64,000 nt of DNA. Origin: Myxococcales bacterium. GTDB lineage: Bacteria; Myxococcota_A; Polyangia; JAAYKL01. The notes under the pieces are model-generated. The model searched no databases and was not told the DNA's origin. It saw nothing but the letters and a program-made list of their open reading frames with translations. The translations under genes were made by a program, and so were the position numbers. Of this stretch, positions 1 through 8,444 are shown one piece after another; position 1 is the stretch's first letter; the number at the start of each line of letters is the position of its first letter. Where the stretch lies: positions 4,711 to 68,710 of the forward strand of contig JAAYKL010000003.1 in NCBI GenBank assembly GCA_012522445.1, given 5' to 3'.

Positions 1-1686
1 CAGGCCTTTGACATACGCCACATTGGCCGTGTAGCCAGCATCCACCGCAGCACCCCACTTTTCGCTGCCCTTTTTCCAGCTCCAGCGATTGGCATTGGAA
101 AGGGTGTTTCCATTGGAGCCATCTCCCGCGTTGCCCCCGGCGCCCCCAGTTTCATTGTTGGTGGCATGAGAAGATGGCAAGAAGTGACGGCCTTCGCTGT
201 GGTCGAAGCCCGTAACAACGGTTGGGGCACTGCTTCTCAAATCGCCATTGACCACCGAACAGGGATCGACCACCAGGTATGCCGAGGGCATCAACGCAAC
301 GTTGGTGTCGCGCTGGGGCGTGGTCTCCGGTTCCATGGTCCATTTGTCAAATTCAGGATCTTTGTCTGAGTAATCTATGCGGTCTTCTTTTGGGTCATCC
401 GAACAGAGCGTGGTGGTGATGCACTGCTGCGCCGCTAGGGTACACAGCTCCAAACTACCCCCGTTCGCCAGGCAATCCGGATCGATTTGGGGATTTTCTA
501 CTGCGGGAATGGCGGGCAAACCGCCGCAATCCGCGGGCACCTCTGTTCCGTCCTCCAGTGTTAGCATCGGGCAATATTCGGCGGATACAAAAGGTGTTGT
601 TGCATCGCATCCTGGGGTGCTCGCACCCAGGGCTGAGGTGGGCGTTTCGTCGGGCGTGCAATACTGTGTGGCGCACTCGCCAGCGTTCGGCCTGTCCACC
701 ACCGTCCAAGTGGTCCAGGTTTCGCAGTTTTCGCCATCGTCGGTACAGCTCAAAATTTCCTCGCCTTCGGCTTCTTCGGGCAACACGTCCGAAGACAGGG
801 TTTGCCCCGGTGCGCATTCGGCCGGAACAAAAATCGTGCTGCCGTCCGCGTGCAAAGGAAAGTTGATGAGATCAAAACCAAAATCGTCGTCGAAATCCAC
901 TGTGTATGCGCAAGTGTCGATCAACGTCATCGACGTGTCGGTGTCAATCCAAATGCTTTTGCCATACAGCGCACCATGAATTGTGCAGCGCGAAAACACG
1001 TAGATTTGGGCGTTGGGTGCGGTGATCACACCAAAGAAATGCGCATCGGTGCCCACTTTTACTTGTTGGGTTGCATTGGTGTAAAACTGCACTTGCTGCG
1101 GGGTTGCACCTTGTTCGACCACAAACTGATTCCGGTCGCCAAAGCGGAGTTCGTTTTGGACATTAACTTGTACAGTGCCGCTACCAGGCGTGATTTGCAA
1201 AACCGCACTTCCGGCTTCCATCACAAATTTGTTGAAATGGTACACGCCTTGGCTCAGGTGCAATACGGCGCCGTCATGCATGTGCAAATTGCGATAAGCC
1301 CCCGGAGGCAGGGTGACGTTGTTGCCCCTATACAATGTGTAATCTTGAGTGCCGGGGAGAACATCTCTGGTATCAATGGCTTCGGCGTCAATGGACAGAT
1401 TGCCTTCTTGAACGCCCGAAATGGTTACTTGGTTTTGGGTAGAAATGGTGCCTGCAGCATATACATTTCCGTTTACTGTGCAGCGATCTCGAAGAAAAAC
1501 ATTTCCCGATGACGAAATGTTGCTGTTGATGAGCGCTGCAGAACCCACTTCGAGATAGCCATTAGAACCGATGGACGCGGCGGAAAGCTGCACCCGATCG
1601 CGGATGTTCGTATCTTGGCTCGAATAGATGCCAAACCGGCAGGTTTGTGCTGATGCTGCCGTGGATAGGAAGAGCCCTAGAAGCAT
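1..1686 (-). CDS. Secreted beta-helix-like repeat protein. 3' end (C-terminus) lies outside the window, so the gene is partial.
   Basis: Frame not in the ORF track because there is no stop in the window. I checked every codon of this minus frame from 1686 down to 1 and found no stop. ATG at 1686-1684. N-terminus is MLLGLFLSTAASAQT, a signal peptide. Followed by G/N/V-rich degenerate repeats (GSNGYLEVGSAALINSNISSSGNVFLRDRCTVNGNVYAAGTISTQNQVTISG...). Ends in a Gly-rich GGAGGNAGDGSNGNT segment. GC and codon usage (many AAT/ATT/TAT) are lower than the rest of the window. Confidence 0.5.
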   Translation of the reverse strand, partial: MLLGLFLSTAASAQTCRFGIYSSQDTNIRDRVQLSAASIGSNGYLEVGSAALINSNISSSGNVFLRDRCTVNGNVYAAGTISTQNQVTISGVQEGNLSIDAEAIDTRDVLPGTQDYTLYRGNNVTLPPGAYRNLHMHDGAVLHLSQGVYHFNKFVMEAGSAVLQITPGSGTVQVNVQNELRFGDRNQFVVEQGATPQQVQFYTNATQQVKVGTDAHFFGVITAPNAQIYVFSRCTIHGALYGKSIWIDTDTSMTLIDTCAYTVDFDDDFGFDLINFPLHADGSTIFVPAECAPGQTLSSDVLPEEAEGEEILSCTDDGENCETWTTWTVVDRPNAGECATQYCTPDETPTSALGASTPGCDATTPFVSAEYCPMLTLEDGTEVPADCGGLPAIPAVENPQIDPDCLANGGSLELCTLAAQQCITTTLCSDDPKEDRIDYSDKDPEFDKWTMEPETTPQRDTNVALMPSAYLVVDPCSVVNGDLRSSAPTVVTGFDHSEGRHFLPSSHATNNETGGAGGNAGDGSNGNTLSNANRWSWKKGSEKWGAAVDAGYTANVAYVKGL

Positions 1687-1740
1687 CGATAACACGCATA
1701 AAGTACGTGCGTTTCCGATGCGCGGCGCGCTATCGCTTCG

Positions 1741-1775
1741 TTGTGTTGTGTTGTGTTGTGTTGTGTTGTGTTGTG
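1741..1775. repeat. Pentanucleotide microsatellite (TTGTG)x7, perfect, followed by TTGAT.
   Basis: Read directly from the sequence: cg ttgtg ttgtg ttgtg ttgtg ttgtg ttgtg ttgtg ttgat. Lies 55 bp upstream of the ATG of the minus-strand gene ending at 1686, inside a roughly 40 % GC intergenic region. Confidence 0.9.
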
Positions 1776-2182
1776 TTGATTGCATGCAACTCCCCTTTGT
1801 TTAAAGCACTTTTGGGAACAATGACATTCCTCAGTAGTGCGACACATCTTGAATGATTCGCGAGAAACAAAACACACTAAAAAAATGGTGTCAATCTGTG
1901 AGCAAAAAAGGCCATGCAACCGACGGTAAAACGACATTTAAGTAGAGATTGCAGTTGGGTGCGTGCGTATTTCTCTACATTTATCACTTATCGCGTGCCG
2001 TAAGCGTGGCTTAAATGTCGATCTTTTTGTTCGCTATGCGAAGAGGTTGGTTGGTTTGCAGAGTAAAGTGGCGCTTTGGCGATTACTCGTTTAAGGGAAG
2101 TGAGGACTTGCGATTTTTAGGGTGCTTTTTTCTTTGACAAAAATACTTTTCGGACTAACTTGCGAAATAACGAGGTGATTTC

Positions 2183-3916
2183 ATGACACAACAAAACACA
2201 CAATCCATGGAAGGGGCGCAAGCCCTGGTCAAGTGCCTGGAGCGGCAGGGCGTCGAGTACATTTTTGGTTTGCCCGGTGGTTCGGCCATCCCGATGTACG
2301 ACGCGTTGATCACGACAGGCACCAAAATCAAACTGATCTTGACGCGCCACGAGCAAGGTGCCTCCCACATGGCCGACGGGTACGCCCGGGCCACGGGCAA
2401 GCCCGGGGTGGTCCTGGTCACCAGCGGTCCGGCGGCCACCAACACCATCACGGGCATCATGACCGCCCAAATGGACTCCGTGCCCATGGTGGTCATCACC
2501 GGCCAAACCATCAGCTCCATGATCGGCAAGGACGCCTTCCAAGAGGCCGACGTCTTTGGCATCAGCATGCCGGTGGTCAAGCACAGCTACCTCATTAAAG
2601 ACACCAACGATATCCCGCGGGTGGTGAAGGAAGCCTTTCACATCGCCAGCACCGGGCGCCCCGGTCCGGTGGTCATCGACATCCCCAAGGACATCAGCGC
2701 GGGGCCGTTCACCGGCGCACTCGATCCGGTCATGGACTTGCCGGGCTACCGACCCGATCCCAAGCTCGATCCCGAGCGCGTCAAAGAGATCAGCCAGGCC
2801 TTGGCCAAATCCCGGCGACCGGTCATCTTGGCCGGACACGGCGTGCTCATCTCCAAGGCTGCACCGCAACTGCAGCGCCTCGCCGAAACCCTCAACGCGC
2901 CGGTGACCACCACGATGCTCGGCAAGGGCGCCATCCCCGAGACCCACCCGCTCTCCTTGGGCATGCTGGGGATGCACGGCACCGCCTACGCCAACAAGGC
3001 CGTTGTCGAATGCGACCTCATCATGTCGATTGGCTCCCGCTTCGACGACCGCATCATCGGCCAGGCCGATCGCTTCTGCCGCGACGCGGTGCGCATCCAC
3101 ATCGACATCGACGAAACCGAGATCAACAAAATGATCAACGTGCACCACCACTGCATCGGCGACGCCCGCGAGGTCATCGAAGAAATGCTGAAGCACGTCG
3201 GGCCGCTCGACACCGACGACTGGTTGCAACGCATCGCGCAGTTCAAAAAGCGCTACCCGCTGCGCTACGGCAAACAAGGCGGCCTCAAGGCCCAGCAGGT
3301 GCTCGACGAGCTCTACAAAATGACCGAGGGCAAGGCGATCATCACCACCGACGTGGGCCAGCACCAAATGTGGGCGGCGCAGTTTCTCAAAACCGTTCGC
3401 CCCGATGATTTCATCAGCTCGGGGGGCGCTGGCACCATGGGTTACGGCTTCCCCGCGGCCATCGGCGCGCAGGTGGGACGCCCCGAGGAGGCGGTCTGGG
3501 CCATCGTCGGCGACGGCGGTTTTCAAATGACGCTGTGCGAGCTGGCCACGGCCTGCGTGCAAAAGCTACCGGTGAAAGTCCTGGTCATCAACAACCACTA
3601 CCTCGGCATGGTGCGCCAGTGGCAGGAGCTCTTTTACGACGACCGCGAGAGCGGGGTCGACCTGGAGAACAACCCCGACTTCGCCAAGCTGGCGGCGTCC
3701 TATCCCGGCGCCCGCGGATTCACCATCAAGCGCGCCGCGGACATCCGCAAAATTCTCAAGCGGGCCATGGAGTACAACGACGGCCCCTGCGTCATCAACG
3801 CCGAGTGCGAAAAAACCGAAAACGTGTTCCCCATGATTCCGGCTGGCCGCCCCATCGAAGACATGCTCATCGAGCGCCCGCGGCAAAAAATGGAAAAACC
3901 CACCGGGTCAACCTGA
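2183..3916 (+). CDS. ilvB: Acetolactate synthase (acetohydroxyacid synthase) large catalytic subunit, TPP-dependent
   Basis: 577 aa. [43 protein letters not shown]-like and [10 protein letters not shown]-binding motifs. SD gaggtg lies 6 nt upstream of the ATG. Confidence 0.9.
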   Translation: [577 protein letters not shown]

Positions 3917-3924
3917 GGTGTACT

Positions 3925-4428
3925 ATGACCACTAACAACAACAAGATTCATACGTTAAGCGTTTATGTCTCCAACCGCCCCGGCGTCCTGGCCCGCATCG
4001 CGCAGGTCTTTGCGCGGCGCGGATTCAACATCGAGTCGCTGGTGGTGTCGCCGGGCAAGGACGGCAAGTTCTCGCGCATGACCATCGGGGTCAGCGGCAA
4101 CCCGGACATGCTCCAGCAGATCGTCAAGCAGGTGGGCAAGCTCATCGACGTGCTCTCGTGCATCGAACACCCCGAGACCGACGCGGTGGTGCGCGAGCTG
4201 GCGCTGGTCAAAATCCTGTGCGGTCCCGAACGCCGCACCGAGGCCCTGCAGCTCGTCGATCACTTCAACTGCAAAACCGTCGACCTCACCGACAAGTCGA
4301 TGGTCATCATGTCCACCGGTGCCTCCGAAAAGGTAAACGCGTTTTTGGATATGGTGCGCACCTTCGACGTGGTCGAGCTCGTCCGCACGGGCAAGGTGCT
4401 CATGGCCCGCGGCGATCGCGCCACCTGA
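3925..4428 (+). CDS. ilvH: Acetolactate synthase small regulatory subunit (ACT domain)
   Basis: Internal ATG at 3925 inside ORF 3535..4428. Begins MTTNNNKIHTLSVYVSNRPGVLARIAQVFARRGFNIESL, the typical IlvH/IlvN ACT domain. Starts 9 nt after the ilvB stop. The upstream part of the ORF is Arg/Pro-rich out-of-frame junk. Confidence 0.85.
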   Translation: MTTNNNKIHTLSVYVSNRPGVLARIAQVFARRGFNIESLVVSPGKDGKFSRMTIGVSGNPDMLQQIVKQVGKLIDVLSCIEHPETDAVVRELALVKILCGPERRTEALQLVDHFNCKTVDLTDKSMVIMSTGASEKVNAFLDMVRTFDVVELVRTGKVLMARGDRAT

Positions 4429-4451
4429 GCCGCTCCCCCGCTGCGATCACG

Positions 4452-5567
4452 TCACGATCGCATCTCCACTTTTAATCCGCATCGCTCGATCAACCGCACG
4501 GCAGCCTCGGCGGCGGCCACGGTTTTGAATCCGAGCAGCAACTGTCCGCCCTGGCCCTCGCGCACCTTGGCGAGTTCGATGTCCAGCACGTTGATGCCCG
4601 CCCTGGCCAGCGGGTTGATCACCTGGGCGATGGCGCCGGGCCGATCTTTGAGGTGCACCATGACCTCGTGTAGGGCGTGGCTGAATCCCTTGCCCGTGGC
4701 AGACAGGGACTGGCGGATCTCGTTGCCTTTTTCGAAGAGCGCCTGGAGAGCGGCTTCGGAGGCAGCGGGCGTGGCGATGGCGCGGCGGATGCCGTCGACG
4801 GTGGATTCAAACTCGCGCAGGCTCTCGGAGATTTCGGGGCCGTTGGTGTGGATGATGTCGCGCCACATGGGCCACTGGGACGCCGCGATGCGCGTCATGT
4901 CGCGAAACCCGCGCCCGGCCAGGTGTTGCTGTCCGCGATCCAGGATGTCGTCTGGCAACCCGGCGGCCATGGCCGAGGCGATCATTTGCGGTCCGTGGCT
5001 TAAGCGGGCCATGAGGTGGTCGTGATCGGCGGGGTCGAGCAGCACCGGGTGGGCGCCGACCATGTCGATGAGATCGCGCAGGGGCTCCCAGGTTTCCGGG
5101 GCGATGTGATCGGGCGGGGTGATGAGCCAGTAGGCGTTTTCGAAGAGCGAGCTGTCGTGGTGTTGGATGCTGCGCTTTTCGGAGCCGGCCATGGGGTGTC
5201 CGCCCACGAAGACAAAGGGCGCGCTGAGGCGTTCACCGGCGGCGCAGATTTTTTGCTTCGTGCTGCCGATGTCGCTCACCACGATGGGGTGCGTGGCCTT
5301 GGGGCGCATGTGGCGCATTTGATCGAGGCACTCGAGGATGTGCAAAATGGGGCCGCACAACAGCACCAGGCGCGCGTCGTCGATGGCGGTCTCCAGGGCT
5401 TCGTAGGGGTGGGTTTCGTCGACCAACGCCAACTCCTGGGCCCGTCGGCAGGTGGTCTCGCTCGATACGGCGACGATGTGAAAACGCCCGCCGCCGCTTT
5501 GGCGAATGGCCGCCGCTGCGGATGATGCCAGCAGCCCGAAGCCGACAAATACAAGTCGCTCTTTCAT
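4452..5567 (-). CDS. tyrA: Prephenate/arogenate dehydrogenase with C-terminal ACT domain
   Basis: Start trimmed to MKERLVFVGFGLLASS (Rossmann GxGxxG-like) at 5567. The C-terminus KDRPGAIAQVINPLARAGINVLDIEL is an ACT domain. Confidence 0.75.
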   Translation of the reverse strand: MKERLVFVGFGLLASSAAAAIRQSGGGRFHIVAVSSETTCRRAQELALVDETHPYEALETAIDDARLVLLCGPILHILECLDQMRHMRPKATHPIVVSDIGSTKQKICAAGERLSAPFVFVGGHPMAGSEKRSIQHHDSSLFENAYWLITPPDHIAPETWEPLRDLIDMVGAHPVLLDPADHDHLMARLSHGPQMIASAMAAGLPDDILDRGQQHLAGRGFRDMTRIAASQWPMWRDIIHTNGPEISESLREFESTVDGIRRAIATPAASEAALQALFEKGNEIRQSLSATGKGFSHALHEVMVHLKDRPGAIAQVINPLARAGINVLDIELAKVREGQGGQLLLGFKTVAAAEAAVRLIERCGLKVEMRS

Positions 5568-5714
5568 GTTGTCTCCTGCAGGCCATGGGCCTGTCCGGTG
5601 GTGTGACTGAGTTGCCAGAATAAAACCAGGCACATCTTTGCGCAACTGCGCAGCAAGCCAGGCCAACATTTTGGTGGCACAGACAGCGCATGGGCGCAAC
5701 GGCCGAGGGTGGGT

Positions 5715-6218
5715 TCAAGATTCGCTGTGCACTTCGAGGAGGAAAAGACGCGCGCCGGCGATCCAAAACAGCAGCGCGGTCGGGCCGTGGTCGTGCGGTG
5801 AGAACGGTTTGTTCGGCGCATCGACTGGCACCAACTGGTGGAGAAAATGCGCCGCGTCCAGGGAGATGTTTTGCAGCGCCCCGGACAACAGCGCGTCCCC
5901 GGGGCCATGCGTTGCGAGCTCTTCGGCGGCTCCGTCGATGTGGTCCTGCAGCGCGGCCTGGTCGACGGGCAACACACGGGCTTGGGAGAGCCACGCGGCA
6001 GGCGCGAAATCGGCCATGGGATCGCGTTGCAGCGCGTAGGCCAACAAGGGCGCCCAGGGGGTGTCGACGTCGGGCAACAGCGACACCAGGCGCACATAAC
6101 TGGCCTGCCAGGTCGCCGCGTACAGGTCGCTCAACGCGTCGAAGCAAAGCGCCTCCGCTTCGTCGAGCGCTGACAATATGTCCGCCGCTGAGGGCGTGTC
6201 TGGGCCGGTCAAAATCAT
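5715..6218 (-). CDS. Hypothetical acidic cytoplasmic protein
   Basis: 167-aa ORF with protein-like composition. The overlapping plus-strand ORFs are Arg-rich junk. Confidence 0.4.
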   Translation of the reverse strand: MILTGPDTPSAADILSALDEAEALCFDALSDLYAATWQASYVRLVSLLPDVDTPWAPLLAYALQRDPMADFAPAAWLSQARVLPVDQAALQDHIDGAAEELATHGPGDALLSGALQNISLDAAHFLHQLVPVDAPNKPFSPHDHGPTALLFWIAGARLFLLEVHSES

Positions 6219-6410
6219 GACAATCCTCCCGTTTCAAGCAGGCCAAAGCCGCGACCAAACAAACAAAAAAGCGCGGCAAAAGCAACGCCATCTTCGAGCG
6301 CGTTCTCGCCGTCGCCAACCCGCTGCGCATCTCCGCTTGTGCAAACGGCCCGGCGCATTACATTGTCGTATGAACCGGCGCATTGCCCACTGCCCCAACG
6401 AACGAGCGTT

Positions 6411-7385
6411 ATGAAACCCGCCATCCAAATCACCCGCACCGGCCTCGTCATTGCCGAACGCCACCCCGCCCATCGCCTCGTCGCGCTCATCGACAGCGCC
6501 CTGCGCGGCGTGGGCCAGGTGATGTTTCAAGACAACACATACACCGGCCTCCTCTTTTTGGCGGGCCTGGGCGTCAACGCTCCCTTCATGGCGCTCTATG
6601 CCTTTGCGGGCGCCCTCATCAGCTCTGCCGTGGCGTCGTTGGCCGGCGCCGAAACCCAGCCCGTCCGCCAGGGGCTCTTCGGCTTCAACGGCGCGCTGGT
6701 GGGCATCGCCCTGCCGATGTTCCTCCCCATGACATCGCCCGCCATCTGGCTCTGGCTCGCTGGCGGTGCTGCGGCGTCCACCTTTGTTCTCGCCTTTCTC
6801 ATGCGCCTGCTGGCCCCGTGGAACGCCCCGGCCCTCACGGCGCCCTTTGTCTTCGTCACCTGGGCGGCCATCCTGTCGGTCCACGCCCTAGGACACATCC
6901 CCGCCGCCGCGCCGCCGCCCCCCGCCCTCGACATGCCCCTCTGGCAACTGCTGCCCCGCGGCCTCTTCAACGGCGTCGCCCAAGTATTCCTGCAGGAAAA
7001 CCCCGTCACCGGCGCCCTCTTCGCCCTGGGACTGCTCGTCAACGCCCCGGCCGCCAGCCTCGCCGCCCTGCTCGGATCCGCCAGCGGCCTGCTCATCGCC
7101 CTCGCCCTCCAGGTGCCCGCGCCCACATTGGCAGCGGGGATCTTCGGCTTCAACGGCGCGCTGGTGGCCATCGCCGTGGGTCACACCTTTGCCCCCAAGG
7201 CCCGCGGTGCCCTCTTCTTCGCGGCCGCCGCCACCATCCTCACCCCTTGGGTGCAGCTCGCCCTGAGCGCCGCCTTGGCCCCCGTGCACCTGCCGGTCTT
7301 TACCTTTCCGTTTGTGCTCACCACCTGGGTGTTCCTGCTGGGCATGCCGGTTTTCTTTGACAGGTCCAAGCCCCCCTCGGTATAG
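6411..7385 (+). CDS. Urea-transporter (UT / SLC14-like) family channel protein
   Basis: Two internal homologous halves, each with QV(M/F)(F/L)Q(D/E)N-x-TG-LF-x-GL-VNAP. LP-x-FT-x-PF-like motifs (HLPVFTFPFVLTTW, LTAPFVFVTW) resemble the UT signature. About 10 TM helices. ATG at 6411 (MKPAIQITRT). Confidence 0.6.
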   Translation: MKPAIQITRTGLVIAERHPAHRLVALIDSALRGVGQVMFQDNTYTGLLFLAGLGVNAPFMALYAFAGALISSAVASLAGAETQPVRQGLFGFNGALVGIALPMFLPMTSPAIWLWLAGGAAASTFVLAFLMRLLAPWNAPALTAPFVFVTWAAILSVHALGHIPAAAPPPPALDMPLWQLLPRGLFNGVAQVFLQENPVTGALFALGLLVNAPAASLAALLGSASGLLIALALQVPAPTLAAGIFGFNGALVAIAVGHTFAPKARGALFFAAAATILTPWVQLALSAALAPVHLPVFTFPFVLTTWVFLLGMPVFFDRSKPPSV

Positions 7386-7438
7386 TGCGACGCAATCAAT
7401 AATCCGTAGCACGAACGCTGTAACGAAAGGAAAGCACC

Positions 7439-7942
7439 ATGAATGCCTTGGGGAAATTTGCGCTGTTGGGCGCCCTGCTACTGGCCTTTTTGCCGGCCTG
7501 CACCGACGACGACGACGCGGCTGTGGCCTATGTCCAAATCAAAAACGACTTCAACAACCCCGAGATGGACTTCCAGCCCCCCTGGACCATCTGCCGCGCC
7601 GCCTTCCTGGACGCTGAAGTCGGCCTGCTGCGACAAGGCGACGAGAGCGACGAGGTCGAGGTGACCCCGGGATTGGGCCACGTGCTGATGGTCGCCGCCT
7701 GGGACGACCCCACCTGCGCCCCGGAAAACGCCCTGCCCATCGCCAGCCGCAACGAGGAAGAAGTCGTCGACGGCCAGCACCGCACCATCGCCATCAACTT
7801 GCCCAACCACCAGGGGCCCTGTCCCCCCGAGGGCGTCGCCCCCATCCCCGAAGACCTCTACGAGCGCATCCGGGCGCTGTGGCCCGAGTTTGCATTTAAG
7901 CCCTATGCCGAACGCACCGAAAACGCGCAGTGCCTCGACTGA
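7439..7942 (+). CDS. Lipoprotein, hypothetical
   Basis: Signal peptide plus lipobox MNALGKFALLGALLLAFLPAC followed by TDDDD. 167 aa. Confidence 0.5.
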   Translation: MNALGKFALLGALLLAFLPACTDDDDAAVAYVQIKNDFNNPEMDFQPPWTICRAAFLDAEVGLLRQGDESDEVEVTPGLGHVLMVAAWDDPTCAPENALPIASRNEEEVVDGQHRTIAINLPNHQGPCPPEGVAPIPEDLYERIRALWPEFAFKPYAERTENAQCLD

Positions 7943-8444
7943 TCGCCTGGGGCGGCGTCGTTTTGGGCGTCGCGCGGGGCGCTGTCTGAACGCTCTCCTG
8001 CTCCTGTTCTCGCCCCTGGTTCTGCTGGCGGGTTGCGACCTCGGGTATCCCGAGCTCATCGTCGTCAACCAAACCGACGACACCATCCAACTGCGCAACA
8101 TCAGCTTCAACGGCTGCGTCTTCCCCGGCGTGCTGCCCTACGGCGAGGCCACGTCTCCCTTGCGCTGCCTGCCGGGAAAAGAGCCGGTGCGCTTCGAAAA
8201 ATTCGACGCCGCCAACTACTGCCGCGACCAGGCCAAGGACGCCACCGTCGACGGGGTCTGTCCCTGCGACGGCGAGCCCGATCCCACGCGCGCCGACAAG
8301 GGCCTCGTCAACCCGAAGCCCATGTGGTTCAACTACATGACCCGCACGCGCCATCGCCTCGATTACGGCGACCTCCGCGTCATCGAGATCACCCGCGACG
8401 AAATGGAACAGGACTTCTCCGTGGTGGGCCCCTATGGCCACTGA
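7890..8444 (+). CDS. Lipoprotein, hypothetical (Cys-containing)
   Basis: Long basic n-region, then LLLLFSPLVLLAGC lipobox. Overlaps the upstream gene by 52 nt and the downstream TBDT by 11 nt. Confidence 0.45.
   Translation: MHLSPMPNAPKTRSASTDRLGRRRFGRRAGRCLNALLLLFSPLVLLAGCDLGYPELIVVNQTDDTIQLRNISFNGCVFPGVLPYGEATSPLRCLPGKEPVRFEKFDAANYCRDQAKDATVDGVCPCDGEPDPTRADKGLVNPKPMWFNYMTRTRHRLDYGDLRVIEITRDEMEQDFSVVGPYGH

Noticed and set aside
377-1512. Plus-strand ORFs 377..979 and 802..1512
   Set aside because: Ser-rich and irregular. They lie antisense to the continuous, signal-peptide-bearing minus-strand frame 1..1686.
2037-2138. 33-codon ORF (MRRGWLVCRVKWRFGDYSFKGSEDLRFLGCFFL) upstream of ilvB as a possible Val/Leu/Ile attenuator leader peptide
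   Set aside because: It has no run of branched-chain codons and no convincing terminator or antiterminator hairpins. Probably a chance ORF.
5233-6330. 365-aa minus-strand ORF
   Set aside because: Arg/Pro-rich. It overlaps the tyrA start and the better-composed hypothetical 5715..6218.
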